64,000 bases of DNA, from NCBI GenBank assembly GCA_016866495.1, contig VGMG01000003.1:3557-67556 (forward strand), read 5' to 3'. The notes beneath the pieces were generated by a model, which was not told the origin of the DNA, did not search any database, and saw nothing but the letters and a program-made list of their open reading frames with translations. This stretch comes from Chlamydiota bacterium. Lineage in GTDB: Bacteria; Chlamydiota; Chlamydiia; Chlamydiales; RGXB01. How positions within the stretch are numbered: the stretch's first letter is position 1; every line of letters begins with the position of its first letter. A program made the position numbers and the translations under genes. Positions 1 through 10,353 of the stretch are shown piece by piece.

Positions 1-1309
1 CAATCATCAGGTGCTTGATCTCATCAATAGTCATTTTTTTACTTATGGCAAGTTGGAACATCGGTAACATTTCAGAGGCATGCATCGAAACAACAGTTGC
101 CCCCATAAGCCTTTTTGTGGATTGGCAAACTAGAACTTTCACAAACCCTTTGAGATCCCCTTCAACAAGCCCTCTTGCATTCGCTTTTAAAGGGAATTTT
201 CCCATTTTGAAGGGGAGGTTATGTTTTTTAAGATCCTCTTCAGTCATCCCCACATGAGCCACCTCAGGATGGGTATAGATGACGTTTGGTACTTCAAAAA
301 GATTATAATGGGTGGACTTTTGGAGAAGATTCTCGACCAGAGCAATCCCCTCATGAGACGCCTTATGGGCTAGCATAGGGCCCACCGCAACATCTCCAAT
401 TGCATAGACACCTGAAACATTCGTTTGTAGATCAAGACCCGTTTCAATATAACCCTTGGAATCCAGACGGATCCCCCCTATTTCAGGAGATAGGCCTTGG
501 GTTGTGGGTTTTCTACCAATCGATTGCAAAACATAGTCCCCATCAAGAGTAAATTGCCCGTCAGGACCTTCGCAGATAAGCTCTACACCATCTTGGGATG
601 TAGACCCTTTGACAACTTTTGTTTGCAGGTGAAATACGATTCCCCTCTCTTTCATGATCTCTATCATTGTTTGGGATACATCTGTATCAAAGCTGGGGAC
701 AATCCTGGAAAAAAACTCTATAAATGTCACTTTAGAACCCAAAGCGCGATAAACAGAACCCATCTCAAGCCCGATCACCCCGGCTCCAATAATCAAAAGG
801 TGCTTGGGAACCTCTTTAAGAGCTAATGCCCCTGTGGAAGAGAGGACCCGTTTCTCATCGATTGGAAAAAAAGGGAGGCTGATAGGTTGTGAGCCGGTAG
901 CCAAAATAATGTAGTCGGCCTCAACCACCTCCTCGTTCACCTCAAGCTTTTTTTGAGCAATAAATCGAGCTTCGCCCTGAATATGTCGGATTTTATTTTT
1001 TTTCAATAAGTAGGCGATCCCTTGCGTCAGGGTCTCAACAATTCTAGATTTCTCTTTTTGCATGCGGGAAAAATCAAAGTTTTTGAGCTGTGCATCTATG
1101 CCTACTTTTGCAAATTCATGATCCAAAAGGTGTTTATAATGGGAAAACATCAACAGCGCTTTAGAGGGAACACACCCCACATTCAAACAAGTTCCCCCAA
1201 GAGTTGGCCCCTTTTCTATGAGTGTCACTTTTGCACCAAGCTGGCTTGCACGTATTGCACTTACATAACCAGCGGGTCCTCCCCCTACAATTACAATCGA
1301 TTTTGTCAT
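1..1309 (-). CDS. lpdA: dihydrolipoyl dehydrogenase (E3), C-terminal end runs off window
   Basis: Absent from ORF track because no stop lies in the window. My minus-strand translation from ATG 1309 gives [53 protein letters not shown] (FAD GxGxxG plus redox CxxxxC). Near position 1 it reads [20 protein letters not shown] overlap with the sucB stop. Confidence 0.9.
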   Translation of the reverse strand, partial: MTKSIVIVGGGPAGYVSAIRASQLGAKVTLIEKGPTLGGTCLNVGCVPSKALLMFSHYKHLLDHEFAKVGIDAQLKNFDFSRMQKEKSRIVETLTQGIAYLLKKNKIRHIQGEARFIAQKKLEVNEEVVEADYIILATGSQPISLPFFPIDEKRVLSSTGALALKEVPKHLLIIGAGVIGLEMGSVYRALGSKVTFIEFFSRIVPSFDTDVSQTMIEIMKERGIVFHLQTKVVKGSTSQDGVELICEGPDGQFTLDGDYVLQSIGRKPTTQGLSPEIGGIRLDSKGYIETGLDLQTNVSGVYAIGDVAVGPMLAHKASHEGIALVENLLQKSTHYNLFEVPNVIYTHPEVAHVGMTEEDLKKHNLPFKMGKFPLKANARGLVEGDLKGFVKVLVCQSTKRLMGATVVSMHASEMLPMFQLAISKKMTIDEIKHLMI

Positions 1310-2445
1310 AAACCTAAACTTCCAATTTCGGGGCTCTCCAACCAGCGTTTTACCTCAACTAAAAATCCTACAGCCTCTTTTCCATCTACAATGCGGTGGT
1401 CATAACTTAGAGCAATATACATCATGGGACGTATTTCGACTTTGCCTTGGATAGCTACTGGGCGTTCTACAGTCGCATGCATCCCTAAAATTCCACTTTG
1501 TGGAGGATTTAAAATAGGAGTCGATAATAAAGACCCGAATACTCCCCCGTTAGTGATCGTAAAGGATCCACCTTCGAAATCTTTCACTGTCAATTTCCCC
1601 TCGCGCCCTTTTTGTGCTAAAGAGGCTATCTCCTTTTCAACTTGCGCTAAAGACAGTTTCTCCACATGACGCACGACGGGCACGACAAGCCCTCTTTCTG
1701 TCGAGACTGCAATCCCAACATGAATCCCATTAGGATAGACTATTGTGTCTTTGTCGATACGGGCGTTGACTCTTGGGTATATCCCAAGGGCTCGTTCTAC
1801 CGCTTTTGTAAAAAAAGCCATAAAGCCGAGCTTTATCCCATGCTTTTTTGTGAAAGCCTCTTGGTGCTCCTTTCTTATCCTTAAAATTGTACTCATGTCC
1901 ACCTCATTGAAAGTGGTGAGCATAGCTGTCTCATTTTTCACCTCCACAAGTCTTTTCGCAATTGTTTTACGGATTAGACTCATGGGCTCGCGTTTTTCAA
2001 GCGTTAGGGATTCCTCCTGTTTCATCGGAGCGCTTTCTTGCAAAGAGGGCTCTTTTTTTTGCGGCTTTTGTAGAAACTCCTCAAGCCCTTGTCGAATTTG
2101 CCCCTCAGATTTTTTTTCAGTCGTTTTTTCGATTTCAGTCGACAAAATCTTTTTTTCCTCTTTTTGGGGAGCTTTATCCTCCATGGGCATTTTTTGGGGT
2201 TGAAACGTTGTGTCAATTTCTACAGCAATTGTACCAACCGGATAGGTGTTTTGTGGCTCTATTTTAAAATGGATTTTTCCTGCACTTGGGGCAATCACCT
2301 CCATAGTCGCTTTATCCGATTCGATTTCGCATAAAAGGGCGTCTTTAGCAACAATATCCCCCTCTTTGACCAAAAATCGGCTCACGTGCACCTCTTTAAC
2401 CGATTCTCCCGGTGCCGGAAGAAGGACCTCAATTTTGCTCATCAA
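1306..2445 (-). CDS. sucB: 2-oxoglutarate dehydrogenase E2, dihydrolipoyllysine succinyltransferase
   Basis: Lipoyl domain with [12 protein letters not shown]; Pro/Glu/Lys-rich linker; catalytic C-terminus [14 protein letters not shown]. Confidence 0.9.
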   Translation of the reverse strand: MMSKIEVLLPAPGESVKEVHVSRFLVKEGDIVAKDALLCEIESDKATMEVIAPSAGKIHFKIEPQNTYPVGTIAVEIDTTFQPQKMPMEDKAPQKEEKKILSTEIEKTTEKKSEGQIRQGLEEFLQKPQKKEPSLQESAPMKQEESLTLEKREPMSLIRKTIAKRLVEVKNETAMLTTFNEVDMSTILRIRKEHQEAFTKKHGIKLGFMAFFTKAVERALGIYPRVNARIDKDTIVYPNGIHVGIAVSTERGLVVPVVRHVEKLSLAQVEKEIASLAQKGREGKLTVKDFEGGSFTITNGGVFGSLLSTPILNPPQSGILGMHATVERPVAIQGKVEIRPMMYIALSYDHRIVDGKEAVGFLVEVKRWLESPEIGSLGL

Positions 2446-5062
2446 AAATCTCCTTCAGAATTAGATCAAGCTCCATCATAGAAATTTTGGGCGAACCCGA
2501 TGCAGGAGAGCTTGCCTCTTTTCTTCCAACGTATTGTAGATTCTTTCCATCGAGTAGTTTCTCGATTTTAGGCCTGAGGTATGGGTAAGCACCCATATTT
2601 TTTGGCTCATCTTGTACAAATAAATAGCGCTGAGCTCCACCCTGTTTTTCAAGCCGTTCTTTCAAAAATTCCTCTTCGAATGGATAGAGTTGCTCTATAC
2701 AAAAAATATGGTAATCCTCACGCTTAAGAAAGTCGGCTTTTCTTAAAATATCGTATACGATTTTCCCAAAAGTGAAGATCAAGACTTTCGTTTTTTTATC
2801 TTTGCCTTTTTTTTCCAAAATAGGGGCGAAATGAGTCGTCTCTACCTCTTCAATAGCTGAAAAAGAGATTTCATCTCTTAAAAGGCTTTTGGGTGTAAAA
2901 AGTATTAGCGGACGCTTAGGATGCGAAATGCCTTGCCTTCTTAAAAGATGATACAGTTGAACCGTATTGGTCGGTATAGCGCACACTATATTTTTTTCGG
3001 CCGACAACTCCAAAAAGCGCTCCATTCTTGCTGACGAGTGCTCGGGGCCCTGCCCTTCAAATCCGTGGGGAAGATAAAGCACCAAACCACAAGTCACTCC
3101 CCATTTGGTTTGGGCTGAAACCAGATATTGATCTATAATGATCTGTGCCCCATTCACAAAATCTCCAAATTGCCCCTCCCATATCACTAAAGAATTGGGG
3201 TGCATCAAAGAATATCCATACTCAAAACCCATCACGGCGTATTCCGACAGATAGGAGTTGATCACAGTAAAAGGGGCTTGGTTGATACTTAGGTTATTTA
3301 AAGGGATGAACACATTTGCGTTTTTTTGATCGACTAGGACAGAGTGCCGGTGCGAAAATGTCCCCCTTCTCGAATCCTCCCCCGATAGGCGCACCGAAAT
3401 ACCCTCTTGTAAAAGAGATCCAAAAGCTATAGCCTCCGCCATAGCCCAATCGATCTGCTCTTTAGAGCCCCTCTCCTCAATAATTTTTTTCAATCGCTGA
3501 TGGATCTCAAAATCAGAGGGAATTTGAGAGATCTTCTTAAGAATCATTCGGGCCTGTTCTGTGGGGATTTGAGAGCTTTTGAAAACCGTATTTTGTACAA
3601 TTTGGGAGGGTTCTTCTTTTTTTTGTTGATTCAACCCTTTAGCAATCTGGTACATCCTCTCTAATTCTTCTTCAATAGATTGAATAGTACTTTCTTTGAA
3701 GGAATCACTCACAGGAACCAAACTCGATACAAGGGGCATTTTTTTAATTTTTTCGACCATCAAGGGCTGTGTGTAAGCAGGCTCATCACCCTCATTGTGG
3801 CCATATTTTCTATAACCCAAAAGATCAATAAACACATCCAGATGGAATTTTTTTGCGATATGTAAGGCAAGCTTTGTGATCTTAACGCAGCTTACAGGAT
3901 CCATAGCATTCACGTGAAAAACGGGGCTATAAAAAGCTTTTGCTATATCTGTGCAATAAACGGTCGACCTACTCTCTTGTACAGAGGCTGTAAAACCGAT
4001 CTGGTTATTGATCACAATATGGATCCCCCCCCCCACTTTGTAACCCTCAAGCCGGACCGTTTGTAAGCTCTCGTAGACTACACCTTGGCCCGCCAAAGCC
4101 GCATCACCGTGAATGGTAATAGGAAGGGCTGTCGGCTTGTTTTTAAGATCACACTTTGCGCGGCACATCCCTAAAATAACCGGATCCACCGACTCCAAAT
4201 GGCTTGGGTTGGGAGCTAACGTCACCTCTACTCCCTCCCTTTTTTTGGAAAATCCCATGTGATACTTCACATCTCCACTTCCAGAAAACATCGGTGTATA
4301 ATCGCTTTCGAATTCGTAAAAAATTTGACTTATGTCTTTTTCGAGGACGTGAGCTAAAACGTTGAGTCGACCACGGTGTGCCATGCCTATGATAAGATCG
4401 GTCAAATCGGCCGACTTCGCTTGGCTTACCAAACACTCTAGCATAGGAATCAGGCTCTCAGCTCCCTCCAACGAAAATCGCTTTTTGCCCATGTGCCTTT
4501 TGTGCAAAAAACTCTCGAAGCTTTCGGCTTTTTTAAGATCTTTAAAAATCTTCTGGGTTTCTTTTTCCCCAATTTCAATTTGGTACTCCTCATTCAAATA
4601 GCGATCAATCTCCTCAATCACCAGAGGAGCGTCCTGCAAATGCATATACTCGAAACCGACGTTTCCTAAAAAACGGTGCTCAAGAGCTTTCAATAATTGG
4701 GACAAAGGGGCAAAAGGCTCTTTAAGAATATTGAAGGTAGGAACCTGTTTTTCCAAGTCCTTGGCCTCAAAATGATGCTCTTTTAAAGTTAACTCCAATG
4801 GAACCAAAGGTACTTGACTCAATGGATTTGTAGTCGCTTTGTAATGGCCACACCTTTTAAAATGGTCCACAAGACGAAACACCTTGAGTGAAAGATCGCT
4901 CACCTCTTTTGGGGGGAGAGGGATATTAGTAGTCCCACTGTAGGCAAATTCTACCCCCTTAAAAAAAAGGGCCAAATCCTTGGGAACGCTACTGGGGTCC
5001 TTTAGATACTCCTCAAAGGCTTTCTCCAGGTAATCTTGATTTAAGAAAAAAAGCTCACTCAT
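2429..5062 (-). CDS. sucA: 2-oxoglutarate dehydrogenase E1 component
   Basis: 877 aa. Contains [49 protein letters not shown]. Lies upstream of sucB with a 17-nt overlap. Confidence 0.9.
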   Translation of the reverse strand: MSELFFLNQDYLEKAFEEYLKDPSSVPKDLALFFKGVEFAYSGTTNIPLPPKEVSDLSLKVFRLVDHFKRCGHYKATTNPLSQVPLVPLELTLKEHHFEAKDLEKQVPTFNILKEPFAPLSQLLKALEHRFLGNVGFEYMHLQDAPLVIEEIDRYLNEEYQIEIGEKETQKIFKDLKKAESFESFLHKRHMGKKRFSLEGAESLIPMLECLVSQAKSADLTDLIIGMAHRGRLNVLAHVLEKDISQIFYEFESDYTPMFSGSGDVKYHMGFSKKREGVEVTLAPNPSHLESVDPVILGMCRAKCDLKNKPTALPITIHGDAALAGQGVVYESLQTVRLEGYKVGGGIHIVINNQIGFTASVQESRSTVYCTDIAKAFYSPVFHVNAMDPVSCVKITKLALHIAKKFHLDVFIDLLGYRKYGHNEGDEPAYTQPLMVEKIKKMPLVSSLVPVSDSFKESTIQSIEEELERMYQIAKGLNQQKKEEPSQIVQNTVFKSSQIPTEQARMILKKISQIPSDFEIHQRLKKIIEERGSKEQIDWAMAEAIAFGSLLQEGISVRLSGEDSRRGTFSHRHSVLVDQKNANVFIPLNNLSINQAPFTVINSYLSEYAVMGFEYGYSLMHPNSLVIWEGQFGDFVNGAQIIIDQYLVSAQTKWGVTCGLVLYLPHGFEGQGPEHSSARMERFLELSAEKNIVCAIPTNTVQLYHLLRRQGISHPKRPLILFTPKSLLRDEISFSAIEEVETTHFAPILEKKGKDKKTKVLIFTFGKIVYDILRKADFLKREDYHIFCIEQLYPFEEEFLKERLEKQGGAQRYLFVQDEPKNMGAYPYLRPKIEKLLDGKNLQYVGRKEASSPASGSPKISMMELDLILKEIFDEQN

Positions 5063-5281
5063 CCAAAGGCACTACTTTTTATCGACTATTTTCCCCTCCA
5101 TAACAAATATCTCTATTAACCAAAATAAACTTTTTTTCATTCCAAAAATAGGGTTTATATGTAAAAATTTTTATTAATAAGGTTCTGCTCGCAATATTTG
5201 TATTTTTTTAATACATTTCCAGATAGCCTAGTAAGGTCTTAAAAAGTGCGTTTTTCTTAAAAACAAGGGGTTAAACAAGCG

Positions 5282-6172
5282 ATGCAAGTGAACATATTGC
5301 GCGAGGTTTCGCGTACTTTTGCTTTAACAATCCCGATGCTCAACGCACCATTAATTCCGGTAATCACCGACGCTTATCTTTTTTTACGAATTTTAGACAC
5401 AATTGAAGACGAAGAGGCTCTTGACTTCGAAGATCAAAAAAAATTTATAAAAATTTGGACTGAGGTGCTCCGAAACCCGAGTTGCGTGCCAAGTTTCGTG
5501 CAACAGATACTTCCCCTTCTCACTAAAAGCACAAAACAGGCTGAGCGCTTGCTTGTTCAAGACGCTTTAGCTCTCATAGAACGGATTCTGCAATACGACA
5601 AAGCTATTCAAGAAAGTATTTATCGCGTCGGCAAAGTGATGGGCAACGGGATGCTTAAATTCTTGGAGAGGAAAGGGGACGATCGGGTTCGCACCATGCA
5701 AGAGCTTGAAGAATACTGCTACTACGTTGCAGGCTGTGTTGGAGAGATGCTCACCGAAATCTTTTGTTTTGTCGGAAATTTTGAGCAAAAGAAGGGGGCT
5801 CTACTAAAACTTTCCGATGATTTTGGAAAAGGGCTGCAGCTCACAAACATTCTAAAAGATGTTGAGCAAGACCGTAAAAGAGGAGTCGAATGGATCCCCC
5901 TTTCCCTTAGGTCCGAGACCGGCTTTAAAAACCTGATAGACAAAACCCGAAATTTTCTCCATAAAGCACTGGACTACATCTGTTTACTCCCTACCCAAGA
6001 GAGGCAAATACGCCGCTTTTGTCTTGTAAATACACTTTTGGCACTTTCTACATTACGCACCTTGTCAAAAGGGGGAAAAAAAATCTCCAAATTTACCCTG
6101 TTTGCCCACTTGGTCGTCTCCAAGGTGGCCTGTTTTTCCAATCGTATGGTGCAGTGGTGCAAAAACGTCTAA
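5282..6172 (+). CDS. squalene/phytoene synthase family prenyl-diphosphate condensing enzyme
   Basis: REVSRTFALTI; first Asp-rich motif FLRILDTIEDEE; YCYYVAGCVGEML; second Asp-rich motif LQLTNILKDVEQDRKRG. Confidence 0.7.
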   Translation: MQVNILREVSRTFALTIPMLNAPLIPVITDAYLFLRILDTIEDEEALDFEDQKKFIKIWTEVLRNPSCVPSFVQQILPLLTKSTKQAERLLVQDALALIERILQYDKAIQESIYRVGKVMGNGMLKFLERKGDDRVRTMQELEEYCYYVAGCVGEMLTEIFCFVGNFEQKKGALLKLSDDFGKGLQLTNILKDVEQDRKRGVEWIPLSLRSETGFKNLIDKTRNFLHKALDYICLLPTQERQIRRFCLVNTLLALSTLRTLSKGGKKISKFTLFAHLVVSKVACFSNRMVQWCKNV

Positions 6173-6260
6173 ACCACTGGTTCCCAGGTTTTTAATAAAC
6201 AATTTATTTATAATATTATTTATGTTATACTCATATATATTGTAAGAGTAGGACATAAAC

Positions 6261-6728
6261 ATGCGCATTGGTGATTTTCCCTCAGCCGTCTTTGAAAAAT
6301 GTACGAGTTTTGTAATGAAAAACCCCGGCAAAATTGCGCTCACGGTCGCAGCCATTTGGGGGGCTTTCTCTTTTGCCCGAGCATTTAAAGAGGCCCAAAA
6401 CTTTATAAAAGAGCCAGAGGATAAACCGGAAGAAAAATTCCAAGAACCTAAGTGGAGGCCCCGTCTTTCTACAATTAAAGAAACTGATGAAAGTGAGGAA
6501 AATCCACAAGCGACCTCTTTTCTTTTAGCTTCTCCAAAACCCTTTTGTAGAAGGCAAATGAGTGTCTCAATCCCTTCTGAAGATTTCTTAGAAATTCCAC
6601 CACTTCAAGGGGATCTCACAGGTGATGAGGCGATACAAAATATCCGTGATAGAAAAGCTAAAAATAAGTGGGGCCAACGTTTTATCGGAGATTTTAACAA
6701 ACAACAAGATCGTTGTTTGCAAAGCTGA
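6261..6728 (+). CDS. hypothetical single-pass membrane protein (paralog of next gene)
   Basis: N-terminal hydrophobic helix IALTVAAIWGAFSFARAF. The C-terminal block DLTGDEAIQ...GQRFIGDF is shared with the next ORF. Confidence 0.4.
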   Translation: MRIGDFPSAVFEKCTSFVMKNPGKIALTVAAIWGAFSFARAFKEAQNFIKEPEDKPEEKFQEPKWRPRLSTIKETDESEENPQATSFLLASPKPFCRRQMSVSIPSEDFLEIPPLQGDLTGDEAIQNIRDRKAKNKWGQRFIGDFNKQQDRCLQS

Positions 6729-6838
6729 CTTTTTAACGCTCTATGTAAAAAGGGGTTTTGCAAATATTTCATTTGATAGGCAAACTCTTTTTTATGCATC
6801 CGATAGTCACCCCTTTACCTCATCTAAAAGAGGTTCCA

Positions 6839-7192
6839 ATGAGCTTTCATGAGCGGCAAAGCAGCCTATTTGAAATTTCTTTTATTTTATTTACCACTAC
6901 GTTTCTTGCCTTGGGTTTTTTTAAGATTTTGTCGCTAAGATCCAGAGGGAATAGGAGGGTGTCTTACAAAATAAGATTTCAAAAAACACCTACAAACGAT
7001 CACGTTAGCCCCCTATCTTCTATCGATGAGGAGAAGGGCTACCAAATGCGTTTTTTTGAAAAAGATCTTAGGTTAGATGTGACGGACGAGACACTCCAAA
7101 CGCAACTCTACCGTGGGGGAACTCTACCAAGCGCAGAATCGAACCGCGTCATGAAGACCATTTACGGTCGCCGGTTCGTAGGGGACATCTAA
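6839..7192 (+). CDS. hypothetical single-pass membrane protein (paralog of previous gene)
   Basis: Track ORF is 6758..7192. I prefer the ATG at 6839, preceded by agagg. TM helix FEISFILFTTTFLALGFF; C-terminus DVTDETLQ...GRRFVGDI. Confidence 0.4.
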   Translation: MSFHERQSSLFEISFILFTTTFLALGFFKILSLRSRGNRRVSYKIRFQKTPTNDHVSPLSSIDEEKGYQMRFFEKDLRLDVTDETLQTQLYRGGTLPSAESNRVMKTIYGRRFVGDI

Positions 7193-7289
7193 AACTCGTC
7201 TGTCAAAAAAAGAGTTTTTTTAAAACCTCCCCTCTTGACATTTTCGATGAGTCTGCTAAAATGCTGAAAGTTTTTTTGCTAAAGGTGCT

Positions 7290-7742
7290 ATGAAGTCCGA
7301 GAAACTCCGAAAACTAGAGATCGAGTTAGCCGATCTTCAAAAGATGTTTGAGCATGACCTTGTCCCAAAAAAAGAGCGGGAAAAATACCAGGTCGAAATT
7401 GATGGAATTCTTGCCAAAATCGAAGAGGAAAAGCAGCGTTTGCAGTACCTCAAAGAGAGCGGAGAAACGGAAGATTTTATTGCACCCAAGCGCAACAAGC
7501 AAAATCAGGGCTATGACCCTCAATCTATGCCCGAGATCGGAGTTGAAGAGGACCACTCTGAAATCAGCTACATGGACGAGCGCTCCTACGAGGATGACGA
7601 CCCCTCTACTCTGTTCGAAGACGAGGAGTTTGAGGAGGGTTCTGAGAGAGGCTCTCAAGAGTATGATGAGGACCCCTTCAGCGAGCGTAATCGTTGGAAG
7701 CGTGCTAGAATGATCCAGGATCCCGAACGGGATGACTGGTAG
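7290..7742 (+). CDS. hypothetical protein, coiled-coil N-terminus and very acidic C-terminus
   Basis: Longest of three overlapping ORFs at this locus. Heptad-like N-terminus (KLEIELADLQKMFE) and a D/E-rich tail. Sits directly upstream of hemW. Confidence 0.45.
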   Translation: MKSEKLRKLEIELADLQKMFEHDLVPKKEREKYQVEIDGILAKIEEEKQRLQYLKESGETEDFIAPKRNKQNQGYDPQSMPEIGVEEDHSEISYMDERSYEDDDPSTLFEDEEFEEGSERGSQEYDEDPFSERNRWKRARMIQDPERDDW

Positions 7743-7753
7743 CACTCCCCTTT

Positions 7754-8872
7754 ATGGCAAATGAAATCAGTTTATATGTCCACCTCCCCTTTTGCCGTAA
7801 AAAATGCCCCTACTGCAGTTTTTTTGTACTTCCCTATTCAAAAGAATCGGAGCTTCTTCTTTTAGAATCTCTTTTATTGCATCTGGAAACCCTAAAAAGT
7901 TCGATAAAAGGAAGAGAGCTCGTCTCGGTCTATTTTGGCGGAGGTACCCCCTCAATCCTATCGATCGATTTTTTATCCACCCTTGTGCAAAAAATCCGCT
8001 CGCTCCCATTTTGTTTCGAAGCAAATATCGAGTGGACCATAGAAGCAAATCCCGAAGATGTTACGAAAGAATGGAGTCAAAATATCTATAACTTGGGATT
8101 TAATCGAGTGAGTTTGGGCGTTCAATCGTTTGTAGAAAAAGAGCTCCATTTTTTAGGGCGAAGCATCCAAAAAGGGCTGGCGCAAAAGGCGATTGACCAT
8201 CTTATAGAAGCAAAAATCACCAATATTTCTGTCGATATTATTTTTGAATTAATGGATCAAAATAAGAACGATTTTTTAGAAACCCTTTATTCCATCAAAC
8301 ATTTACCCATCACCCATCTCTCTCTTTACAACCTTATGATTGAGGAGGGATCCTCCTTTTTTAGAAAAAAAACCATTTTAGAAAAGAAACGCCCCTCAGA
8401 GGAATTATGTCTAGAAATGCTCACATCTGCTGTCGAGATCCTGGAATCTTTTAATTTTGAAAGGTATGAAATCTCAGCATTTTGTAAGAACGGTCTTAGT
8501 TCGAAGCACAATATCGGGTATTGGACAGGGCGGGAATTTCTAGGAATCGGGCCCTCTGCATGGAGTTTTTTTAATAACAAGCGCACACAATGTGTTAAAA
8601 ATCTAAATCTATATAAAGAAAATCTTTTGAAAGGAGAAGAACCTTTCCTTTTTACGGAAGAGCTCTCCCCTGGCGCCCTCTTTAAGGAGCAATTAGGGCT
8701 CTCACTGAGGCTCAAACAAGGTGTGTTAAAATCCTCAGTTACTCATAAAGAAAGTATTGATACTATCGCATCTTTATCAAAAAAAGGTTTTATAGAAGAG
8801 GACTCTTGCTCGTTTTTTTTGAGCGAGAAAGGGAAGAATTTTTACGATATCGTGCAAATGGAGCTTTTATAA
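7754..8872 (+). CDS. hemW: radical SAM HemN/HemW-family protein (coproporphyrinogen III oxidase-like / heme chaperone)
   Basis: LYVHLPFCRKKCPYCSF (CxxxCxxC cluster motif), YFGGGTPS, GFNRVSLGVQSF, HNIGYW. Confidence 0.85.
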   Translation: MANEISLYVHLPFCRKKCPYCSFFVLPYSKESELLLLESLLLHLETLKSSIKGRELVSVYFGGGTPSILSIDFLSTLVQKIRSLPFCFEANIEWTIEANPEDVTKEWSQNIYNLGFNRVSLGVQSFVEKELHFLGRSIQKGLAQKAIDHLIEAKITNISVDIIFELMDQNKNDFLETLYSIKHLPITHLSLYNLMIEEGSSFFRKKTILEKKRPSEELCLEMLTSAVEILESFNFERYEISAFCKNGLSSKHNIGYWTGREFLGIGPSAWSFFNNKRTQCVKNLNLYKENLLKGEEPFLFTEELSPGALFKEQLGLSLRLKQGVLKSSVTHKESIDTIASLSKKGFIEEDSCSFFLSEKGKNFYDIVQMELL

Positions 8873-8919
8873 TAAAGTAAAATACCCTATTATTTTACCG
8901 TAATTAATAGGAGTCTATT

Positions 8920-9306
8920 ATGAAATTAACAAGTTTATTACCTTTATTATCCTGGGGCACTGATAAGAACGAACGCGTAAATGAAAAAGACCTTCGTTTA
9001 CTTAATATTTTTAAGCGAAGCGTATGGGTTTCTCTTATTGTCACGAGCCTGTCCGAGCTTGCTTTGAATATTTTATTTCCGGGTTCATCTTGGTCTAGAC
9101 CGGTAACATTTTTATCATCAACTTTGGAAACCATCTCTTCGTGCGCGTCTCGAGCTATTTTACCGATGAGCTTTTTTTCAGTTCTCCAAGCTGCAAGAGT
9201 ACACAAAATCGACAAAGATTTTTCCAAAAATCAGTGTATATTCCAAAAAGAATCTAAAGAGCTTCAAGACATGCTTAAAGAGCTTCAAGGGAGTTTGAAC
9301 CGCTAG
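8920..9306 (+). CDS. hypothetical protein; its last 21 aa duplicate a segment of the MlaD-like gene
   Basis: 128-aa ORF. The C-terminus FQKESKELQDMLKELQGSLNR is encoded by the 63-bp repeat also found at 19474..19536. Confidence 0.35.
   Translation: MKLTSLLPLLSWGTDKNERVNEKDLRLLNIFKRSVWVSLIVTSLSELALNILFPGSSWSRPVTFLSSTLETISSCASRAILPMSFFSVLQAARVHKIDKDFSKNQCIFQKESKELQDMLKELQGSLNR
9241..9303. repeat. 63-bp dispersed repeat, copy 1 (61/63 identical to 19474..19536)
   Basis: ttccaaaaagaatCTaaagagcttcaagacatgcttaaagagcttcaagggagtttgaaccgc; copy 2 has TC at the capitalised positions. Confidence 0.9.
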
Positions 9307-9331
9307 AATCCCATAAAGATCCTCTTTTTTT

Positions 9332-9375
9332 GAGGGGAATTTTTCAGTATCCCTGACCTTCCCCTCCTATTTTTA
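9332..9375. terminator. hairpin between convergent genes
   Basis: gaggggaa (9332-9339) pairs with ttcccctc (9359-9366): 8-bp stem, 19-nt loop, followed by ctattttta. Confidence 0.45.
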
Positions 9376-9395
9376 TTTACTTAAGAGAGCACAAG

Positions 9396-10274
9396 CTAAA
9401 AAAGACTTCTCTCGGATAAAAGGCGCGTGTAGAGCAGATCAAACAGCATCTCTTGGGAAAAACTTCCACTTTTTGCGAGCATCTCCAGTTCTAATAAAAG
9501 GGGTAATAGGGCTAAAAAATAGTCCCTACCCAGCGCTTCACGCTCTTTTTTTTGTCCCAACAGATCTTTCTTTCTGAAAGGGGGAATCGGCACTTGCGGC
9601 TCATCTTCAAAACTAAACAGGTTGTAATAAACCTCCTGTCGCAATTTTGAGATAAAACCTAGCATATCTAGCGGTGTAGGGCGTAGGCTATGATGGGGTG
9701 TGAAAATCATCTGTTTAGCCTTTTCCCAATCATTGGGCCCTAACTCATAAAGGTGGTGTCTTTCCAAAACCTCAAGAGTGATTTGTGCCGAATCAAGGGT
9801 GAGCAGAATCTGCTCCACGTGGCGCAAAATGCATAAACCGTGCCCTTCAGTTAATCGAAACAGTCGATCAAAGGCCTCTTTTTGCAGGGTTTTTTTCTGT
9901 TTTTGACAGAAATGATCCATCCACTGAAAAATTCTTTTTTGCCTCTCCCATGGTTTTTCTAGTGAAAAATTGTGGCATTCAATCGAGGGGATATTTTTTA
10001 AACTTTTCGAGAAAAAAAGGGTGATCGGTACAGTCGAAAATCGCAAGAGATCCCAGTCGATTTTATTTGGCAAATTTTCAATGCGCACGACCATCGGATC
10101 GTTATCGACAAAAAAGCTCGGATTCTCGATTTGAGCGTAGAGCGCCTCCAGGCTCGGCATCTCTTTTGCCTTGGGGCAATAGAGCTCAACAAATAGCGGC
10201 ATATCCTCGTCCATGTGGTCAAAGATGATTGCCCGAATCAAGGGTGCTTTTACTTTTGTCGTCACAGCTTCCAA
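9396..10274 (-). CDS. hypothetical protein, possibly DNA polymerase III delta subunit-like
   Basis: 292 aa. The segment SLEKPWERQKRIFQWMDHFCQKQKKTLQKEAFDRLFRLTEGHGLCILRHVEQILL resembles the HolA middle region. Weak by-eye call only. Confidence 0.3.
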   Translation of the reverse strand: MEAVTTKVKAPLIRAIIFDHMDEDMPLFVELYCPKAKEMPSLEALYAQIENPSFFVDNDPMVVRIENLPNKIDWDLLRFSTVPITLFFSKSLKNIPSIECHNFSLEKPWERQKRIFQWMDHFCQKQKKTLQKEAFDRLFRLTEGHGLCILRHVEQILLTLDSAQITLEVLERHHLYELGPNDWEKAKQMIFTPHHSLRPTPLDMLGFISKLRQEVYYNLFSFEDEPQVPIPPFRKKDLLGQKKEREALGRDYFLALLPLLLELEMLAKSGSFSQEMLFDLLYTRLLSERSLF

Positions 10275-10353
10275 TTATACACAAAAACTGGGTTAACAGG
10301 AAAACAAAGTTCGTAGTATATTCTTTTCAAGACAAAGCGAATCGGGAAGAGAT

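Noticed and set aside
15-1405. Plus-strand ORFs 15..257, 497..826 and 1022..1405.
   Set aside because: They lie antisense to a continuous minus-strand frame that translates to a textbook LpdA (GxGxx[16 protein letters not shown]). They are shadow ORFs with low-complexity products.
5088-5100. A short match (attttcccctcca) to the A half of the 35-bp repeat, upstream of sucA.
   Set aside because: Only about 12 nt match, which is compatible with chance in AT-rich intergenic DNA with C-tracts.
7326-7745. A 139-aa minus-strand ORF and a 121-aa alternative plus-frame ORF (7348..7713), both overlapping 7290..7742.
   Set aside because: The GA-rich acidic coding sequence keeps several frames open. 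The 7290 frame is the longest, has a coiled-coil plus acidic-tail composition, and abuts hemW. The others are Arg/Leu/Ser-rich and look like frame artefacts. This is not proven.
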